From the NCBI GenBank assembly GCA_963668315.1, contig OY764216.1, positions 2,400,001 through 2,464,000 on the forward strand: 64,000 nucleotides of DNA, in the 5' to 3' direction. Origin of the DNA: Spirochaetia bacterium. Lineage in GTDB: Bacteria > Spirochaetota > Spirochaetia > DSM-2461. The notes below the pieces were generated by a model. That model did no database searches and was not told the DNA's origin. It worked only from the letters and a program-made list of their open reading frames with translations. The position numbers and the translations under genes are program-made. This document shows positions 60,101 through 64,000 of this stretch, piece after piece (position 1 is the stretch's first letter; each line of letters starts with the position of its first letter).

Positions 60101-60389
60101 GGTTGTAGTAGACAAAGTCGTAATTGTTCGTCTTGTCCAGAGCCCGCTGTATGCGCCCGCCCAGTTCGGGGAGGATCATGATCTTCAGGTAGCGGTTCTC
60201 CAGGAATACCGCCTTGTAGGTTTTATCTATCTTCTCATCGGTAAGGCCGTCTATCACGGGAAAGGGATAGACCTTGCCCGAACTGCCCTGATAGGCTCTT
60301 TTTTCAAGGAACATGGGGTTTTTATCCGGTTCGGTAAGCGTATAGGTGGGAATGGTGACATCCTCTTCCCATAACATGACATCACTCAT
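57135..60389 (-). CDS. DUF5107-domain TPR protein
   Basis: YQGSSGKVYP, LENRYL..MILPELGGRI, WISGGIEFNWPQHHRP, then TPR repeats. Confidence 0.8.
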   Translation of the reverse strand: MSDVMLWEEDVTIPTYTLTEPDKNPMFLEKRAYQGSSGKVYPFPVIDGLTDEKIDKTYKAVFLENRYLKIMILPELGGRIQRALDKTNNYDFVYYNRVIKPALVGLAGPWISGGIEFNWPQHHRPSTYAPLDYEMETGEDGRKTLWCGETDKMYGTRSVVGFSLYPESAYLEIHGRLSNPTDLPQTFLWWANPAVSVNDHTYSVFPSDVKAVMDHGKRAVSSYPIATGEYYKMDYSAGVDISRYANIPVPTSYMAHRSDYDFMGNYDESRDAGLLHVADHHISPGKKQWTWGNADFGRAWDRNLTDEDGPYIELMTGVFTDNQPDFTWLNPHEEKVFTQYFMPYKKAGRVKNATKEAALNWTFSEGKGTIVLYTTAVREEAQISIEKGGKVLWKQQVSPSPEAPVSLEMELPLPCDMGLTVSVHSAAGELLVDYTIKEESYESLPDPAAALPRPEDLSSAEELFLAGLHLEQYRHASYEPEAYYREGLKRFPDDMRLNDACGLLLYRSGQFAESEKYFRKAVKRESWLTANPYTGLNQLHLGQSLFMQGKYDEAYDAFYKATWCEDAQSLGFYYLACLASRKKLWKEADGFLERSLIYNGHNMKALILRTALKRITGDEREPLLETCRKIDRLNPGLLFESGAAGLGVEENLYLDLALDYERAGLNEDALAVLELEKDPSPRVFFMKAWLCDILGDKEKRDESLKRAESMDSAYCFPNKSEEIALLERAISTNPSGAKACYYLGNLLYDKKQYARAAECWKKAIALDPAFPTNHRNLSIYYYNKAKDGERALACMAEAFRLDKGDARLLFEYDNLSALCGRPLEERLKRLEENEALALKRDDLAVEYVTLLNTAGHYAKALEILSTRRFHPWEGGEGRASRQYALALGELGRAATEKGDLERAESLLKQALTVPENLGEGKLPNAQDNIVHYYLGCLMEKAGRRNEAEIWWEKAGAGLEEPSEMLYYNDQPSDTIYYQALAWEKRGDRGQAKKRYHKLMRFGEQMSFKPAVPDYFAVSLPEITVFQQDGDRLRLANCAYLRSLGYEGLGETARAIDEIKGILEFMPDHQGANLHERNIKSGEKQ

Positions 60390-60493
60390 GGCATATAGTC
60401 TCCTTTAGCTGGATGATATCATGGGAAAAGGGGCAGAAAAATGTCAAATAATACTATAAAATGGATTATATTCCACAATGGGAGGAGTATCGG

Positions 60494-61393
60494 ATGAAAG
60501 TAATCCAGAAAGGGGAGAGTTTTGAGGAAGAGAGAATTTTTAACATTCCCTCCGACTTTATTCTCAAGAGCTGGGAGCATCCCCTCATCAGAGCGCTCCA
60601 TGTTTCCGACGCGGGATATTTCCCCCGGGCCGAGCACCACTACCGGGAGAGGATGATCGGCATAGAGGAGGCTATCCTCATCTACTGCGCCGACGGTTCG
60701 GGCCACATCGAACTTCCCATGAAGAAGCTCAGGATAGAGAAGGGAACGGCCTTCTGCATTCCCCCCCATACGATGCACCGCTATTACGCTTCGGAAGAAG
60801 ATCCCTGGAGCATCTTCTGGATCCATTTCAAGGGGGAGCAGATGTTCCAATATCCCATAGCCGCCGCGGAACCGGTTCCTCTGAACTCTCCGGCGGTCCA
60901 TGAAAGGCTGCAGGGATATTTCATCCAGCTTTTCGGTGTTCTTGACGGCAGCTATACCCAGGGCAACTTCATCTGCGCTTCAAGCCTGCTGTCGGTCATC
61001 CTGGGCGAAGTCTACTTCCGCCGTTCCGACGAGGCCGTAGACAGACAGCACCGCCTTCTGACCAAGGCGATACAGTACATGTACCGGAATCTGGACAAGC
61101 CGATAGCCCTGAATGAACTGACCGGTTATATGCAGCTGTCAAAAAGTTCTCTCATAGACCTGTTCAACCGACTGACCCCCCATTCGCCCATCGATTTTTT
61201 CATCCGCCTGAAGATTCAGAAGGCCTGCAAAATCCTCCGCCTGACCAATAAGCCGATTAACGAGGTGGCCCGCGCCCTGGGCTTTGACGACCCTTTCTAC
61301 TTCTCCCGCATCTTTAAAAAAATCACCGGCCTATCCCCCCGGGAATACCGGAACGGCGAGTCCTTCTATCAGGGCCTTCCCGGAGAGTTTTGA
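60494..61393 (+). CDS. AraC-family regulator
   Basis: GYFPRAEHHY.ER, HRYYA, WIHF; GFDDPFYFSRIFKK. Confidence 0.9.
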   Translation: MKVIQKGESFEEERIFNIPSDFILKSWEHPLIRALHVSDAGYFPRAEHHYRERMIGIEEAILIYCADGSGHIELPMKKLRIEKGTAFCIPPHTMHRYYASEEDPWSIFWIHFKGEQMFQYPIAAAEPVPLNSPAVHERLQGYFIQLFGVLDGSYTQGNFICASSLLSVILGEVYFRRSDEAVDRQHRLLTKAIQYMYRNLDKPIALNELTGYMQLSKSSLIDLFNRLTPHSPIDFFIRLKIQKACKILRLTNKPINEVARALGFDDPFYFSRIFKKITGLSPREYRNGESFYQGLPGEF

Positions 61394-61467
61394 TACCCGC
61401 CTGAAGAGATGCTTCCCCGTATTGAAAACTTATCCGTATGGGCCTAAGATAAAAGGGGGGTGGATTT

Positions 61468-62139
61468 ATGGCGGCAACGATACTGATCGCCGAGGATGAC
61501 AGGCATCTGTGTCTGCTCATCTCGGAAAAACTGACAACCCGCTATTCCGTGCTGTGCTGCCATGACGGCAGCGAAGCCTGGGAGCAGTTCAGGACGCAGT
61601 CCGTCGATCTCATCATAACCGATATCGCCATGCCCGGAATGAACGGCTACGACCTGGCCCGGAAGGTCCGGGAAAAGAACGGCGATATTCCCATTCTCAT
61701 GCTGACGGCCAACCAGGCCTTCAGTGCCAAGAGAACCGGTTTTTCCACCGGAATCGACGATTACCTGACCAAACCTTTCGATAACGATGAGCTTCTCTGG
61801 AGGGTGCAGGCCCTGCTCAGAAGGGTCGAGATTAAACAGGAAAACCATATCGATATCGGCGGAATCAGGATAGACAAGGCTTCCTATGAGCTGTCCCGGG
61901 GCGACTTTTCCCTCTCCCTTCCCCGAAAAGAATTCGACCTCCTCTATATGTTCCTTTCCGAACCGGGGCGCATTTTCACCAAGCATCAGCTTATGGAAAG
62001 AGTCTGGGGATATGACAGCGACAGCACGGAGGATACCATCAAGACCCATATAAGCCGCCTGAGAAGGAAAATACAGGATTTCCCCGAGCTTTCCCTGGTC
62101 GCCATCAAGGGAATCGGCTACAAAGTGGAGGTAAAATGA
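61468..62139 (+). CDS. OmpR-family response regulator
   Basis: AEDD, DIAMP, DDYLTKPF, KEFDLL, THISRLR, GIGY. Confidence 0.93.
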   Translation: MAATILIAEDDRHLCLLISEKLTTRYSVLCCHDGSEAWEQFRTQSVDLIITDIAMPGMNGYDLARKVREKNGDIPILMLTANQAFSAKRTGFSTGIDDYLTKPFDNDELLWRVQALLRRVEIKQENHIDIGGIRIDKASYELSRGDFSLSLPRKEFDLLYMFLSEPGRIFTKHQLMERVWGYDSDSTEDTIKTHISRLRRKIQDFPELSLVAIKGIGYKVEVK

Positions 62140-63194
62140 GAAATTCCGATACAAGAGAGATAACCGTCCGCCGTCTGAGAAGAAGAATGGTCTGGCAGAC
62201 CGTGGGGATCGTCATCGGGGCGGTCTGCATGTTCGAGCTGGTGGAGTACTTCACCCATATCATGCTGCCCTCCCGGAGAGGGGTGGCCTATGATCCCATA
62301 GACGGCATCGGCATGATCGTTCCCATGGCGCTCATCGTCGGTCTGATGTTCCGCCGGACCCTTAAGAACATGAACCGCTATTTCGGAAAACTGATAGACG
62401 GCATCAACGCTGTGGCCGAAGGGGATTTTACCCTGAAGCTCGACCCTAAGGAGGGCGGTCCCTACAGGGCGGTTTTCGAGAATTTCAATAAGATGATCGG
62501 GGAGCTGAGCGGCGTCCAGACATTGAGAGACGACTTCGTCAATCAGTTTTCCCACGAATTCAAAACGCCCATCTCTTCCATCAGCGGTTTCGCCCGTCTG
62601 CTTCAGGAGAAAGAGCTGCCCCCTGAGAAGCAGAGCCAGTACCTGGAAATTATCGGGGAGGAAGCCAACCGTCTGTCCGATCTTTCCGCTTCGGTCATGC
62701 TCCTTACCGAGCTGGAGAACCAGCAAATGATCCCCGACAGAAAGTACTACTCCCTGGATGAGCAGATCAAGGAGTGCGTCATACTCCTCGCTCCCGAATG
62801 GGATCTGAAGAATCTGGAGCTGGACGGGGAGGATCTCATGCCCGTCATCTATCTGGGGAACGGGGACATCATGAAGCAGATGTGGATCAATCTGATCAAT
62901 AACGCCATCAAGTATTCGCCCGAAGGGGGAAAGATCTTCCTGTCTCTGAATAAAAAGGGTCATGAAGCGGTATTCTCCGTGGAGGATCGGGGACCGGGAA
63001 TCTCCGAAGAGGACAGGGAGAAAATCTTTCAGAAGTATTTTCAATCTGCCAGTACGGCAAGAACCGTCTCGTCCCGGGGACTGGGGCTGGGCCTCTCTAT
63101 CGTCAAGCGGATTCTCACCCTCTGCGGAGGCCGGATAGAGGTGGACAGCCGTCCGGAAAAGGGGACCCGTTTTACCGTTTTTCTGCCTTTGTAG
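62136..63194 (+). CDS. Sensor histidine kinase (HAMP, HisKA, HATPase)
   Basis: SHEFKTP, NLINNAIKYS, DRGPGI, GLGLGL. Confidence 0.93.
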   Translation: MRNSDTREITVRRLRRRMVWQTVGIVIGAVCMFELVEYFTHIMLPSRRGVAYDPIDGIGMIVPMALIVGLMFRRTLKNMNRYFGKLIDGINAVAEGDFTLKLDPKEGGPYRAVFENFNKMIGELSGVQTLRDDFVNQFSHEFKTPISSISGFARLLQEKELPPEKQSQYLEIIGEEANRLSDLSASVMLLTELENQQMIPDRKYYSLDEQIKECVILLAPEWDLKNLELDGEDLMPVIYLGNGDIMKQMWINLINNAIKYSPEGGKIFLSLNKKGHEAVFSVEDRGPGISEEDREKIFQKYFQSASTARTVSSRGLGLGLSIVKRILTLCGGRIEVDSRPEKGTRFTVFLPL

Positions 63195-63298
63195 TTTTTT
63201 TCTTAAAAAGTTTACCATCCTGTTACCTGCGCTTTTTATATTCTTCCTGTCGGCCGGGAAAAACCCGGTCGGGCCTGATACAGCCGAAGGAGAGATAT

Positions 63299-64000
63299 AT
63301 GAATTACAGCAATAAGGTCGTAGTCGTTACGGGTGCCGGCGGCGGAGTCGGACGGGAACTGGTTCTGTAGCTGCTGGAGAAGGGCGCCTCCGTGGCCGCC
63401 GTGGATATCAATACGGATGCTCTTGAAAAGACGAGGGAGAGCGCCGGCCGCCTCGCGGGGAAGGTATCCCTCCATAGAGCCGACATCACCAGCCAGGAAA
63501 GGGTCGCCCGTCTGCCCGGCGAGGTGCTCGAAGCCCACGGGACTGTCGACGGCCTTATCAATAACGCCGGAATTATCCAGCCCTTCATCACCGTGGCCGA
63601 AATGGATATGGCCATGGTCAAGAGACTCATGGATATCAATTTTTACGCCATGATATATATGACCCGGGCCTTTCTTCCCTTACTGGCCAGAGCGCCGGAA
63701 GCCTTTGTCGGGAACGTTTCCAGCTTGGGCGGCTTCCTGCCCGTGCCCGGACAGAGCATCTACGGGGCATCCAAAGCGGCGGTAAAAATCGCCACCGAAG
63801 GGATGAGAATGGAACTCTCCGATACGAATATCAAGGTCTCCCTGATCCTTCCCGGGGGGATGGAGACGGATATCAAGAAGAACTCCGGCCTGAAAGAGGA
63901 AGAGAAAAGCCGGGAAGAGCAGAAAAAATCGGCCGGGGTCTCCCTGACTCAGCCCGGCGACGCGGCACGGTCTATTCTCAAGGGACTGGAAAAGGGCAAG
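63299..64000 (+). pseudogene. SDR oxidoreductase with an in-frame TAG at codon 24; runs off the right edge
   Basis: MNYSNKVVVVTGAGGGVGRELVL*LLEKGA...NNAG...YGASK; frame otherwise open; TAG at 63368-63370. Confidence 0.8.

Noticed and set aside
63368..63370. Pyrrolysine or alternative-code readthrough of TAG
   Set aside because: TAG ends many normal genes in this window and no pyl genes are seen
1..64000. tRNA, rRNA, CRISPR arrays, prophage or defence genes
   Set aside because: None recognisable by eye; intergenic gaps are short and mostly accounted for

Overview
Bacterial chromosomal window, probably from a free-living spirochaete (inferred from the lipoprotein signals, the FANGxxE-type sugar-binding protein, the MCP and the OM beta-barrel). 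The left end carries housekeeping genes (LD-carboxypeptidase, metG, map), a structured GC-rich intergenic element resembling Flavo-1, an outer-membrane protein and an MCP. About 50 kb is carbohydrate utilisation: an ABC sugar transporter, three GH31s, a xylose-isomerase/PfkB/mannitol-1-P-dehydrogenase operon, a lipoprotein esterase, three domain-permuted membrane-anchored GH3s, two GH2s, a GPH symporter, a DUF5107-TPR protein and many regulators. The main non-obvious structure is an IS1-like element family marked by a 22-bp inverted repeat (TAATGTTCTC-N4-TTTGACAT). It occurs as two diverged but intact 1.23-kb copies and one 136-bp non-coding mini-element. Three promoters carry period-21 LytTR-type direct repeats that suggest a local regulon. 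A MerR-type promoter precedes an aldo/keto reductase, and the last SDR gene has an in-frame TAG. No rRNA, tRNA or CRISPR array was seen.
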